From: Limnochordia bacterium
Lineage (GTDB): Bacteria; Bacillota; Limnochordia; DTU080; RSA5
NCBI GenBank assembly: GCA_041686855.1
Contig: JAWLDA010000006.1
Location: forward strand, 194,034 to 258,033
DNA: 64,000 nucleotides
Reading direction: 5' to 3'
The position numbers and the translations under genes are program-made. Below are positions 30,718 to 39,720 of this stretch, piece by piece; the stretch's first letter is position 1; each line of letters opens with the position of its first letter. The notes beneath the pieces were generated by a model that saw only the letters and a program-made list of their open reading frames with translations, made no database searches and was not told the DNA's origin.

Positions 30718-31779
30718 TCAAAGGCGGGCGATAATGGCGTCGGCCACCTCCTGAGTCGTGGCCTTGCCGCCTAGATCGGGAGTGAGGGCTTTCCCTTCGT
30801 CCAGCACCTCTTCGATAACCCTCATCAATGTGGCGGCGGCGTCTTGATGACCCAAGTGTTCCAGCATCATGGCGCCGCTCCAAATCTGCCCGATGGGGTT
30901 GGCGATGCCCTGCCCTGCGATGTCCGGCGCGGAGCCGTGAACGGGCTCGAACATCGAAGGATAGCGCCTCTCGGGGTTGAGGTTTGCCGACGGGGCGATC
31001 CCGATGCTTCCCGCAATGGCCGCCCCTAAGTCCGTAAGAATGTCTCCAAAGAGGTTTGAGGCCACGACGACGTCAAAACGTTCAGGTTTGAGGACGAACA
31101 TAGCAGCGAGCGCATCGATGTGGATCAGTTCGTGCTGAATGCCAGAGTGCTCGCCTGCGATCTCGTTAAAGACATCGTCCCAAAACGGCATGGTGTAGTT
31201 GATGCCATTTGATTTGGTCGCGCCGCAGACTCGAGTGCGACCCTCGCGCTCGGCGAGCGCAAACGCGTATCGAATCACCCGCTCGGTTCCGTGGCGTGTA
31301 AAGAGAGTGTTTTGGACAACCACTTCGTGTTCAGTGTTCTGGTGTAGGCGGCCACCCATGTTGGAGTACTCACCTTCGGTATTCTCACGTACCACGAGCA
31401 TGTCGATGTCGGCCGGCTCCTTGCCCGCCAGAGGAGGGGCGATGCCCGGCAAGAGCTTGACAGGCCGCAGGTTGATGTACTGTTGAAAGGTGCGGCGGAT
31501 GGGCAACAACAGACCCCAAAGGGAGACGTGATCGGGGACTCCGGGGTATCCGACGGCGCCAAGAAAGATCCCTTCGAAATCGGCGAGGGTTGTGAGAAAA
31601 TCATCGGGTGCCATTCTCCCGTGTTCAAGGTAGTAGGCGCAGCTCCACGGGAAGGATTGGTACTCCAAGCTCCAACCTCCGTCCGCGCGGCTGAGCGCGT
31701 CGAGGACGCGCGTAGCCTGAGAGACGACCTCTTGGCCAATGCCATCCCCAGGTATGAGGGCAATGCGGTGAGTATCCAT
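30718..31779 (-). CDS. Tartrate dehydrogenase/decarboxylase family
   Basis: IPGDGIG, VPDHVSLWGLLLPIRR, RENTEGEYS, NLFGDILTD, FEPVHGSAPDIAG. Confidence 0.88.
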   Translation of the reverse strand: MDTHRIALIPGDGIGQEVVSQATRVLDALSRADGGWSLEYQSFPWSCAYYLEHGRMAPDDFLTTLADFEGIFLGAVGYPGVPDHVSLWGLLLPIRRTFQQYINLRPVKLLPGIAPPLAGKEPADIDMLVVRENTEGEYSNMGGRLHQNTEHEVVVQNTLFTRHGTERVIRYAFALAEREGRTRVCGATKSNGINYTMPFWDDVFNEIAGEHSGIQHELIHIDALAAMFVLKPERFDVVVASNLFGDILTDLGAAIAGSIGIAPSANLNPERRYPSMFEPVHGSAPDIAGQGIANPIGQIWSGAMMLEHLGHQDAAATLMRVIEEVLDEGKALTPDLGGKATTQEVADAIIARL

Positions 31780-31841
31780 GTAAGTGCCTCCTTTATCCGA
31801 GTCGCATTCTCGCCGTCCACCCGGCAGCCCTGCCATCTGTT

Positions 31842-32558
31842 GTGCACAATATCGTTTTGGGGGAGAGTGTGTTGAGTAGACTGGGAGTCATCTTTGACCT
31901 CGATAACACGTTAGTGCAGTCCAAAATCGACTTTCGCGGCATGGCACAGGCACTCGAAGATCGGTTGCGGGAACGCCTCGGGCCTGCCGTGGTGCCGGAG
32001 GGTCTTGCGCAGAATCCAATCTCACAAATCATTGAATCGGCTAAAAGCCTCTCCACGGACAAAGCGCTCATCGACGAACTGTGGCAGATTGTCTCCCTCC
32101 ACGAAGCAATGGGAATGGAGGGCCTCGAGCTAGAACCGGGGGCGCTGAGCGTCGTGGAGACGTTGACACGTACCGGCCACACCCTCGCGATCTGCACCAA
32201 CAATGCTCGCCCGGCGACGTTAAAGGCGATTCTCCCGTTTGGGGATCCGCCACCTTTTACGCCGGTTGTGACTCGAGACGAAGTCCATGCTCTGAAACCC
32301 TCTCCGGAAGGGGTCCAGATGATTCTCAAAGCGTGGCAAGGAATGGACGTCCACGAGGTTATTATGGTGGGGGATTCATGGCTCGACGGAAAGGCGGCAG
32401 CAGATGCGGGCGTGCCCTTTGTCGAGTACCAAGGTCGGCCATCCCGCTTCCGTAGGGAGCCCGTTCCCGTTTGGCATCGAATCGAACGTCTAAGTGATCT
32501 CCTTGCCATCATCGACCAACGGGAATTGGGAGCGTGGACACCGAAAGAGTCCTTCTAG
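31842..32558 (+). CDS. HAD-family hydrolase
   Basis: FDLDNTL, CTNN, KPSPEG, VGDSWLD. Confidence 0.85.
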   Translation: MHNIVLGESVLSRLGVIFDLDNTLVQSKIDFRGMAQALEDRLRERLGPAVVPEGLAQNPISQIIESAKSLSTDKALIDELWQIVSLHEAMGMEGLELEPGALSVVETLTRTGHTLAICTNNARPATLKAILPFGDPPPFTPVVTRDEVHALKPSPEGVQMILKAWQGMDVHEVIMVGDSWLDGKAAADAGVPFVEYQGRPSRFRREPVPVWHRIERLSDLLAIIDQRELGAWTPKESF

Positions 32559-32603
32559 CCTCACCTGCGCTGTGGGGCTGAGGTTGGGCAATTTATTGGA
32601 GGT

Positions 32604-33335
32604 GTGAGCATGTCTAGACGGCAGCCAAAGTTTCAACGGTACGTTGCTCTGGTGGCGCTGGCCGTGTTTGCGTTGGTCGCGCTGGGAGTCTCTGAAAGGC
32701 CAGTGGTTCAGGCGAGGAACGACGAGGATGGAGGCTTGCTCGTACAGGTTGTAGGCGTCGGCTCGGTGACGAGCGACCCCGACTTTGCGACCGTCGGCTC
32801 GGCCATCGAAGGGGTGGGCGAGACACCTCAAGAGGCCCGGGATGCCGGTGATCGACTCTTTGAAAGTGTGAACGCCGCCATGGGAGAGCTTGGTGTGAAG
32901 CTGATACCAGGCGGTTATAGCGTACACCCTCGTTACGAGTACTCCGAGGTACGACGTGCATCGGAGATTGTGGGTTATTCGGCCTCCCGATCCCTCGAGG
33001 TGCGAGTTGATGATCTTACACGTGTCGGCGATGTGTTGGCAGCACTGCTGGAAGCTGGTGTCGGCTCCATCCATGGCGTGACTTTTGATACGACCGAGGC
33101 CGAAGAGCTGCGACGCCAGGCGATAAAGGAAGCGATCGCCGACGCTGCTCATCAAGCAGACGCGGTGGCGGAGGCCATGGGCGCCCGCGTGATTCGTGTC
33201 GAGGAGATCACAGTGGACGGGGCGAATCATGGTCCCATTTTGTATGCGTCTCGCGAGGGCGGCTCGAACGCGTTCGAACCCTCGCCGGTCGAAGTGAACT
33301 CACGCGTCACGGTGCGGTACCTCCTGAATTACTAA
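32604..33335 (+). CDS. SIMPL/DUF541 family exported protein
   Basis: Signal peptide; VVGVGSV...PD, LRRQAIKEAIADA. Confidence 0.8.
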   Translation: MSMSRRQPKFQRYVALVALAVFALVALGVSERPVVQARNDEDGGLLVQVVGVGSVTSDPDFATVGSAIEGVGETPQEARDAGDRLFESVNAAMGELGVKLIPGGYSVHPRYEYSEVRRASEIVGYSASRSLEVRVDDLTRVGDVLAALLEAGVGSIHGVTFDTTEAEELRRQAIKEAIADAAHQADAVAEAMGARVIRVEEITVDGANHGPILYASREGGSNAFEPSPVEVNSRVTVRYLLNY

Positions 33336-33388
33336 GCGAAACCAACGTCACTTGGATCAGTATAACTAGGGCAACGAGAGCATACGCA

Positions 33389-33420
33389 GGCGTCCAGGGA
33401 TTAGCCCCTGGACGCTTTTT
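33389..33420 (+). terminator. Rho-independent terminator
   Basis: GCGTCCAGGG-ATTAGC-CCCTGGACGC-TTTTT. Confidence 0.75.
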
Positions 33421-33604
33421 GCGTTGAGCGCGGCAGCGCCGCAAAGGAGTAGGGACCATTCTCCTGTAGGACTGGGCCCTTTGGGTAAAGCGCGTGAGGA
33501 ATGTCACATAAGTTGCGGAGTGCCAGCGCGGGATTGTTCTACCATGATGGGGAATCACGACCATTCCCCTATGGAAATTGGGGAAATAGGAGGCGAACCG
33601 ATTC

Positions 33605-35002
33605 ATGGTGTTTCACTTTCGTAATATCAGCGCGAGCGTCATAGTGTTGCTCGCCGCTCTCATTGTCGTTGCGGGAATTGCCCTGGCTGCGCCGGAGCCG
33701 CCCGTCATCACGCATGCCGGGGACGTTCAAGCGGAGATCCCTTTGGCTGTGCCGTTCGATCCCGTGGCGCCGCCCCGACCGCCACAGGGCGAGATTGTAC
33801 ACTTCACGTTGGAGGCGAAGCTCGCTCGTTTGGAAGTAGCTCCTGGCGAGTTTAAGGAAGTTTGGACGTTCAATGAATCAGTTCCTGGACCGACCCTCAG
33901 AGTGAATCAGGGGGACACGGTCCGCTTCACCCTCATCAACAAAGATCCCAACATGGAGCATGGACTTGACTTTCACGCAGGGCAGATGGATCCGGGCACG
34001 TATCACCGATCCATCCAGCCGGGTGAGAGCATCACCTTCGACTTTGTCGCTAGATATCCCGGGGTCTTCTTTTATCACTGTAGCGCCGATCCGGTGATCA
34101 TGCACATCGCCAACGGCATGTTCGGTGCAGTGATCGTCGATCCACCGGGATACGTGCCGACCGGCAAAGAGTATGTACTCGTCCAACACGAGTGGTACGA
34201 GGATCCGACCGATCTCGACCAACTTCTAAACGCTAACCCGGTCAGTTTGGCGTTCAACGGGGTCCCCTTCCAATACATGGACGCACCCTTGACTGCCGAG
34301 CCCGGTGAGCAGATTCGATTCTACGTGGTGAATGCCGGTCCCAATCGATTCTCTGCGTTCCATGTGATTGGCGGCATCTTTGACAAGGTACTGTTTGACG
34401 GGAATCCCGCAAACGCTCATTACGGTTCCCAAACGGTGACGGTACCGCCGGGGGGAGCGCTGGTTGCAGACCTCGTGGCCGACACTGGGACCTATCCTGT
34501 GTTGACTCACGCAATGAACGACGCCAACAAGGGTGCTCTGGGTCTGCTCCGAGTGGGAGAACCCGAGGTGTCGCATGGGGAGTCGACCGCTTCAAGCTCC
34601 CGACACGAGACGGCCACTCCCTCTACCGATGTGAGTGCCGCCCTTGACCCGTCCGCTGCAGGGACCCCGCCGTCGCCAAGCGATTCGGTTGCAACTGCGA
34701 CAGGCTCCGCGGGTGAGCAGGTGCTCATCTCGGGATACGCGTTTAAGCCCAAGCGGCTGACGATCAAAGTCGGCACGACGGTAACCTGGCTCAACCAGGA
34801 TCGAACGGGCCACGCAGTGGTTCACAAAATGTCTCATCCGTCGGAGCGTCTCTTTGACTCGACGGGTGAGAGAGACGGTGGCGAGAAGCGACTCTTTAAC
34901 CGAGGAGAAAGTTACAGTTTCACCTTTACCGAACCGGGCATTTACGAGTACACGTGTTCCCCGCACCCCTATATGAGCGGAACCATCATTGTGGAGGAGT
35001 GA
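33605..35002 (+). CDS. nirK: Copper-containing nitrite reductase with C-terminal cupredoxin domain
   Basis: Signal peptide; HGLDFHA (T1 His, catalytic Asp, T2 His), YHCSADPVIMHIANGM, SAFHVIGG (catalytic His), YPVLTH; Ser/Thr/Pro linker; cupredoxin GHAVVH...YTCSPHPYM. Confidence 0.85.
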   Translation: MVFHFRNISASVIVLLAALIVVAGIALAAPEPPVITHAGDVQAEIPLAVPFDPVAPPRPPQGEIVHFTLEAKLARLEVAPGEFKEVWTFNESVPGPTLRVNQGDTVRFTLINKDPNMEHGLDFHAGQMDPGTYHRSIQPGESITFDFVARYPGVFFYHCSADPVIMHIANGMFGAVIVDPPGYVPTGKEYVLVQHEWYEDPTDLDQLLNANPVSLAFNGVPFQYMDAPLTAEPGEQIRFYVVNAGPNRFSAFHVIGGIFDKVLFDGNPANAHYGSQTVTVPPGGALVADLVADTGTYPVLTHAMNDANKGALGLLRVGEPEVSHGESTASSSRHETATPSTDVSAALDPSAAGTPPSPSDSVATATGSAGEQVLISGYAFKPKRLTIKVGTTVTWLNQDRTGHAVVHKMSHPSERLFDSTGERDGGEKRLFNRGESYSFTFTEPGIYEYTCSPHPYMSGTIIVEE

Positions 35003-35008
35003 CCGCCC

Positions 35009-37141
35009 GTGTTGCGCATGCATCGTATGACAAGATTGGTCGTCGTGACGCTAGCGTGTATCGGACTCCTTATCACCCCGGTGTCGGCACATAAACTGCT
35101 CGAACCCGATTGGAGTATGGACGAACTGGTTCAAGAGGTACACGAAACCTTCCTTGGGGGAACAGTTCCCGCTGAGAAGATGACGGGGAACGTGCGTGAG
35201 TTTCACATGTACATCGCAGAGATCGAGCACGAAATCACCGAGGGCGTGACGGTGACAGCTTGGGCCTACGGCTTGGAAGGGGAAGAGGCGACTGTTCCAG
35301 GACCCACGCTTAGGGTTAAAAAAGGCGATCTCGTTCGTATTTACCTATCCAACCGGCACGACCAACCGCACTCCTTGCATCCCCATGGGATTACGACTGT
35401 GGATGTCCTCAACGACGGAGTGCCGCACACCTCGGGTGCCTACATCATGCCTGGTGAGACGCTCATGTACGAGTTTGTAGCTCAGGAGTCAGGCACGCAC
35501 GCCTATCACTGCCACGTGCAAACCTCAGTGCACCAGGATATGGGCATGTACGGCGGCCTCATCGTCGAAGAGGATGAGCCGGTCGTATGGGATCGGGAGT
35601 ATGTCGCTATCATCGATGAATGGGATACCCGGCGGGACCCTACCAACGCAGCCGAGATTCCAGAGTACAACTACTACGTCGTGAACGGCAAATCCGGCAC
35701 CTCGGTGCCCGACTTCCTCATCTTGGACGGTGAGGTGGGCCGAATTCGGCTGATCAACATGGGATTTCAGTCGCACGCCCTTCACTTGCACGGCACGGCG
35801 TTTGTCGTGACGCACAAAGACGGGTATCAACTGCCGGCGCCTTACCGAGGTGACACCATTAATATCGCCCCGGGGGAGACGTACGACGTCCTCGTTCAGG
35901 GAAGGGATGGAGTCTTCCCCTGGCATGACCACAACTCGCTGGCAGCGACAGACGACGGCGTCTACCCCGGTGGCATGCTGATGCATACCGTCGGATCCCC
36001 TGAAGTGCGCTTTAACCCGGCCTACGATCCACCTCGCTACGCCATTGAAGGTCACGTACACGACGGAGATGCAACACGCGCGCAATATGGCATCGTGGAT
36101 CTTGACGAGGAGGGGGCGTCAGACCACGAGCATGAGATGGAGGATCGTGGAACGACTCCACAACCGATCGAGGCGAGCAGCTCTGATGGGGAGACGGCCC
36201 TTATTTCGGAGACGTCGGGGCGCACAGCCCCGGCGGTTGCGAGGGTTCCTATGGCACCGATGGAGCCTCCGGAGATCGTAAAAGGCGCTGCGGATGTCAA
36301 GTCAGGTATCGGTCCGGCTCAACCCTTTGATCCAGTGGCACCATCGCCTACCATTCAAGGTGAAGTGGTCGAATTCACGCTGGAAGCCACACGGGCCACC
36401 CTTGAAGTGGCCCCTGGAGATGTCCGGGAGGTATGGACCTTTAACGGGTCGGTTCCAGGGCCGACGTTGCGCGTAAATCAAGGGGATACTGTTCGTTTCA
36501 CGCTCATCAATAAGGATCCCGAAATGGCGCACGGGCTCGACTTTCATGCTGGACAGATGGATCCTGGTATCTATCATCAAGCAATCGAGCCCGGCGAGAG
36601 CATCACGTTTGATTGGGTTGCCCGATATCCCGGGGTCTTCTATTACCATTGCAGTGCCGATCCAGTGATCATTCACATTGCTAATGGGATGTTCGGCACC
36701 GTGATCGTCGACCCGCCGGGGTATCAACCGGCCGACAAAGAGTACGTCCTCGTGCAGAATGAGTGGTATCGGTCAAACAACGATCTCGATGTGTTACTGG
36801 AGGAGAAACCTGTTGCTGCAGCGTTCAACGGAGTACCGGCGCAATACGTCGACAATCCACTGACGGCCGTTGCCGGTGAAAGCCTGCGCTTTTACGTCGT
36901 CAACGCAGGCCCGAGCGATTTCGCTGCCTTTCACGTCATTGGCGGGATCTTTGACAGAGTACTCTTTGATGGGAATCCGCGGAATCCACAGTTTGGCGTG
37001 CAAACCGTGACGGTACCCCCCGGTGGCGCCGTCGTAGCGGATATGATCGTGCCAGATCCGGGCGATTATCCGGTGTTGAGTCATCTGATGAGCTCAGCGA
37101 CGAAGGGGGCGCTGGGGATCCTACACGTCACCGGCGACTAG
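35009..37141 (+). CDS. Fusion of two-domain multicopper oxidase (type C) and copper nitrite reductase
   Basis: N-half HSLHPHG, YHCHVQTSVHQDMGM, HALHLHG, WHDH; His/acidic linker; C-half HGLDFHA, YHCSADPVIIHIANGM, AAFHVIGG, YPVLSH. Confidence 0.85.
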   Translation: MLRMHRMTRLVVVTLACIGLLITPVSAHKLLEPDWSMDELVQEVHETFLGGTVPAEKMTGNVREFHMYIAEIEHEITEGVTVTAWAYGLEGEEATVPGPTLRVKKGDLVRIYLSNRHDQPHSLHPHGITTVDVLNDGVPHTSGAYIMPGETLMYEFVAQESGTHAYHCHVQTSVHQDMGMYGGLIVEEDEPVVWDREYVAIIDEWDTRRDPTNAAEIPEYNYYVVNGKSGTSVPDFLILDGEVGRIRLINMGFQSHALHLHGTAFVVTHKDGYQLPAPYRGDTINIAPGETYDVLVQGRDGVFPWHDHNSLAATDDGVYPGGMLMHTVGSPEVRFNPAYDPPRYAIEGHVHDGDATRAQYGIVDLDEEGASDHEHEMEDRGTTPQPIEASSSDGETALISETSGRTAPAVARVPMAPMEPPEIVKGAADVKSGIGPAQPFDPVAPSPTIQGEVVEFTLEATRATLEVAPGDVREVWTFNGSVPGPTLRVNQGDTVRFTLINKDPEMAHGLDFHAGQMDPGIYHQAIEPGESITFDWVARYPGVFYYHCSADPVIIHIANGMFGTVIVDPPGYQPADKEYVLVQNEWYRSNNDLDVLLEEKPVAAAFNGVPAQYVDNPLTAVAGESLRFYVVNAGPSDFAAFHVIGGIFDRVLFDGNPRNPQFGVQTVTVPPGGAVVADMIVPDPGDYPVLSHLMSSATKGALGILHVTGD

Positions 37142-37926
37142 GGAAGCGTCGACGATACAATAGGGTAGGAGGCGGGGGTAATCCAGTCATCCAGCCTTCT
37201 GCCCGATCCAATTTCAATAGGTTGCTTCTTATCTTCGGCAACGCCCGGCTTTTGGAGTGCAACATAGAGATGGCCCTCGCTATCTAGCTCCGCGTAGAAT
37301 ACGTCTTTCACGGAAGAGATCCCAAGCCGTTGGAGCTCCTCCTCCAGCCACGCACCATTGAGGTCGAGCCGCTCCAGCATTTCGAAATCCGCCTTGCCGT
37401 CATAGATGACCGTCGTGGCTAATCCTCGATAGGGTGTGCTAATACCCAAGTCACGTGCCCGTACCGGTTCTTCTTGTGACTTGCGCAGGATCGAAATCTC
37501 TCCGTTCGCTTCGACGAGAGCGAATTCCACCTCAGCTAGGTTAAAGACACCGTTAAGGCGAAGCAACTCGAGTACTTGATCGAGAGAGTAACGGATTTTA
37601 CGAAGATTATGTTTGAGGAGCTTGCCGTTTTGCACGATGATGGTGGGTTCAAATCTCATGATGTGGCGAAACCGTCGGCTCTTGAGGATCCCATAGGAAC
37701 TCCCGATTTGTAGGAGGACCAGCAGCACGATGGCCAAGACGGTGGGGCCATGCTCAATACTGGGATCTGCGATATCGGCTCCAACTACGGCTCCCAAGAC
37801 GATGGCGATGACGAAATCAAAGACAGGTAACTCTCCAACTTGCCGCTTCCCCATGAGTAAGGTCATGCAAAAGACCAAAGGAATGATCGTAACGATTCGA
37901 CCGGCAGTGATCAGGTACGCCTCCAC
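37138..37926 (-). CDS. DUF421/YetF family membrane protein
   Basis: LMGKRQVGELPVFDFV, PTIIVQNGK, ALVEANGEISI. Confidence 0.85.
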   Translation of the reverse strand: MEAYLITAGRIVTIIPLVFCMTLLMGKRQVGELPVFDFVIAIVLGAVVGADIADPSIEHGPTVLAIVLLVLLQIGSSYGILKSRRFRHIMRFEPTIIVQNGKLLKHNLRKIRYSLDQVLELLRLNGVFNLAEVEFALVEANGEISILRKSQEEPVRARDLGISTPYRGLATTVIYDGKADFEMLERLDLNGAWLEEELQRLGISSVKDVFYAELDSEGHLYVALQKPGVAEDKKQPIEIGSGRRLDDWITPASYPIVSSTLP

Positions 37927-38040
37927 CTACGTCGCTCCTTGAGTGAGCTGGATCCGGTTTCAAAATTGAACGTTTCTGGGGGGATGGGTGTACCATAGTC
38001 TTGGCACTACATCAAAGGGGTATGCGCCGTTGGATATACA

Positions 38041-38077
38041 GAAATAGAACCGGGGGAGTGTGCCGCGGTTCTATTTC
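38041..38077 (-). terminator. Hairpin downstream of the displaced tRNA-Ser 3' end (probable original tRNA terminator)
   Basis: GAAATAGAACCG...CGGTTCTATTTC 12-bp inverted repeat. Confidence 0.65.
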
Positions 38078-38107
38078 GTAGGGGAAAGCTGCATTCGAGA
38101 ATGAAGT

Positions 38108-38164
38108 TGGCGGAGGAGGAGGGATTCGAACCCTCGTCACCCGTTAGGGTGGCACGATTTCCAG
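38108..38164 (-). repeat. att site: 57-bp duplicate of the tRNA-Ser(GGA) 3' end
   Basis: TGGCGGAGGAGGAGGGATTCGAACCCTCGTCACCCGTTAGGGTGGCACGATTTCCAG is identical to 52210-52266. Confidence 0.95.
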
Positions 38165-38255
38165 GCACATGGAACGGGAACACAGTCCAAACAATCCACT
38201 ATATATAGGCTTTTGGCAGAATGTGTCTCTCCCGTTTAGTACGATTTTGGATTGG

Positions 38256-38280
38256 CATTGTAGTCAGGATTGTAGTCATT
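38256..38280. repeat. Candidate integrase arm-type sites (left)
   Basis: CATTGTAGTCA-GG-ATTGTAGTCATT; the same tandem occurs at 52151-52176. Confidence 0.7.
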
Positions 38281-38288
38281 TCCGAGCC

Positions 38289-39197
38289 CTATCTATTACC
38301 TCTCGAATTCTTTTGCCGACATGCGGGGCTGCATGTCCGCCTGTTTGGCCTTGAGTATCCCTGTCCCACTGGAAACCAGACATCGCACCCTTCTGTTTCG
38401 CAGATACGCCACTCAACCCCTCCTGTAACCACTTGCGCAAACTGTAGCCATATAGCACCTTTAAGGGACTTGACAAAGACTTTCATATGGAGGCTTGGCC
38501 CTCTCGTCGTTGCTCGCCCTCTTGGTGCGTATTCCGGGGAGTAATAGGTCTCGTTGAATAGCTCAGTGGATATCCTGTTTTCGAGTAGTGCAAGCGCTGC
38601 GCCGTAATAGTTCCCTTCACCGATGGCATTAAAGAGCCATGGCTGCGAGGGCTTTTGTATGGTTGAAAGGATTTCCACGGCAGTATACTGCTCCCCTGGT
38701 ACGTACACGATGCGGTCTCGAAGAGAAGGTATATCCATCGGTGGCTCCTCAGCAAACCGTTGTGCTTCATTGATCGCTTCCCAAATTCTCCAAGCGCCCC
38801 GCAAAAAATCGATCTGCGTCGCAAATTCATCAGCCCAGAACCCTTTACGACCCGTCCTTAGAGGATGATCAACGGATTCGAAAGTCCCGTATTGTGAGGC
38901 AAAATCGTACGCAGCGTCAATTGTTGGATTCAACTTTCGAAGACGGTGGAATAGATCAGGTGTTTCACTCAGTGGTTGATAAGTTCGGTCGATTATTTGT
39001 TCACAATGAATGAATATGCCGCTCTTCTCCGAGCGTGTGTCATTGTTAATATTCTCTGCTACGAAGCCTCCTTTAGGAATGAACCACTCAAAGGCAAAGC
39101 CTCCCTCAGTGGGTTGGATCGGCCTCATACCGTTGTCACTCCCTGCCGTCACAGAATTGATACGCAAAAAGTGTGGTTGGTCACATAAACATTGCAC
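38289..39197 (-). CDS. Hypothetical protein with C-terminal CGNR-like zinc finger
   Basis: RICETEGCDVWF...RPNRRTCSPACRQK; start uncertain. Confidence 0.7.
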   Translation of the reverse strand: MQCLCDQPHFLRINSVTAGSDNGMRPIQPTEGGFAFEWFIPKGGFVAENINNDTRSEKSGIFIHCEQIIDRTYQPLSETPDLFHRLRKLNPTIDAAYDFASQYGTFESVDHPLRTGRKGFWADEFATQIDFLRGAWRIWEAINEAQRFAEEPPMDIPSLRDRIVYVPGEQYTAVEILSTIQKPSQPWLFNAIGEGNYYGAALALLENRISTELFNETYYSPEYAPRGRATTRGPSLHMKVFVKSLKGAIWLQFAQVVTGGVEWRICETEGCDVWFPVGQGYSRPNRRTCSPACRQKNSRGNR

Positions 39198-39254
39198 TTA
39201 AAGTGTTCCATTCCTGGCGTGAGTGAACCAAAATAGGAGAAAACGTGATAGGGG

Positions 39255-39491
39255 GTGCCAACCGAGGTGAATACAGCGATAGACAGTCGGGTGGCGCAAA
39301 GTGCTGGGAGACGGTTGTTTACCGTATCGGAGGCCGCCAAGTACGGTGGATGGAGCACGAGCTTCGTTTACAAGGCTGTTGCGAGAGGAATCTTCCCTTC
39401 CGTTCGTATTGAAGGGACTCGGAGCGTGAGAATTGACCGGCAGGACCTCGACGCCCTTATCGAGCGCAATAAGGTCGGTAGCTTAGGGTAA
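39255..39491 (+). CDS. Excisionase-family HTH protein
   Basis: LFTVSEAAKYGGWSTSFVYKAVARGIFPSVRIEG...VRIDRQDLDALIE. Confidence 0.85.
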   Translation: MPTEVNTAIDSRVAQSAGRRLFTVSEAAKYGGWSTSFVYKAVARGIFPSVRIEGTRSVRIDRQDLDALIERNKVGSLG

Positions 39492-39540
39492 CGTCGCTAC
39501 AACACCCGATAGCAGGTCGGCATTCGGGAGGTGGTCGGAC

Positions 39541-39720
39541 TTGCAGTCATTGGACGGGAATGGCATGGCGAATGGATTCAGGACGAGTCCGAGAGTGACA
39601 TGGGAGGACCGCACAGCCTTCCCATTATCTGTGGATGCTGACTGGCTAGCGCCTCGCCTGTCGAAAGGTAAGGCGAAAGTGCGCCTCCGGCGTCATTGGA
39701 TATGGGGGCGGTTCGGGTGA
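39541..39720 (+). CDS. Small hypothetical protein (59 aa), coupled to the DUF3987 gene
   Basis: GGGAGGTG RBS before TTG 39541; its TGA overlaps GTG 39717 (GTGA). Confidence 0.45.
   Translation: MQSLDGNGMANGFRTSPRVTWEDRTAFPLSVDADWLAPRLSKGKAKVRLRRHWIWGRFG

Noticed and set aside
33420-33604. FNR box or OmpR-type tandem repeat upstream of nirK
   Set aside because: No TTGAT-N4-ATCAA; only a single TGTCACA half-site without a phased partner.
38108-38164. A third tRNA-Ser gene
   Set aside because: Only the 3' 57 nt are present; it is the att duplication.
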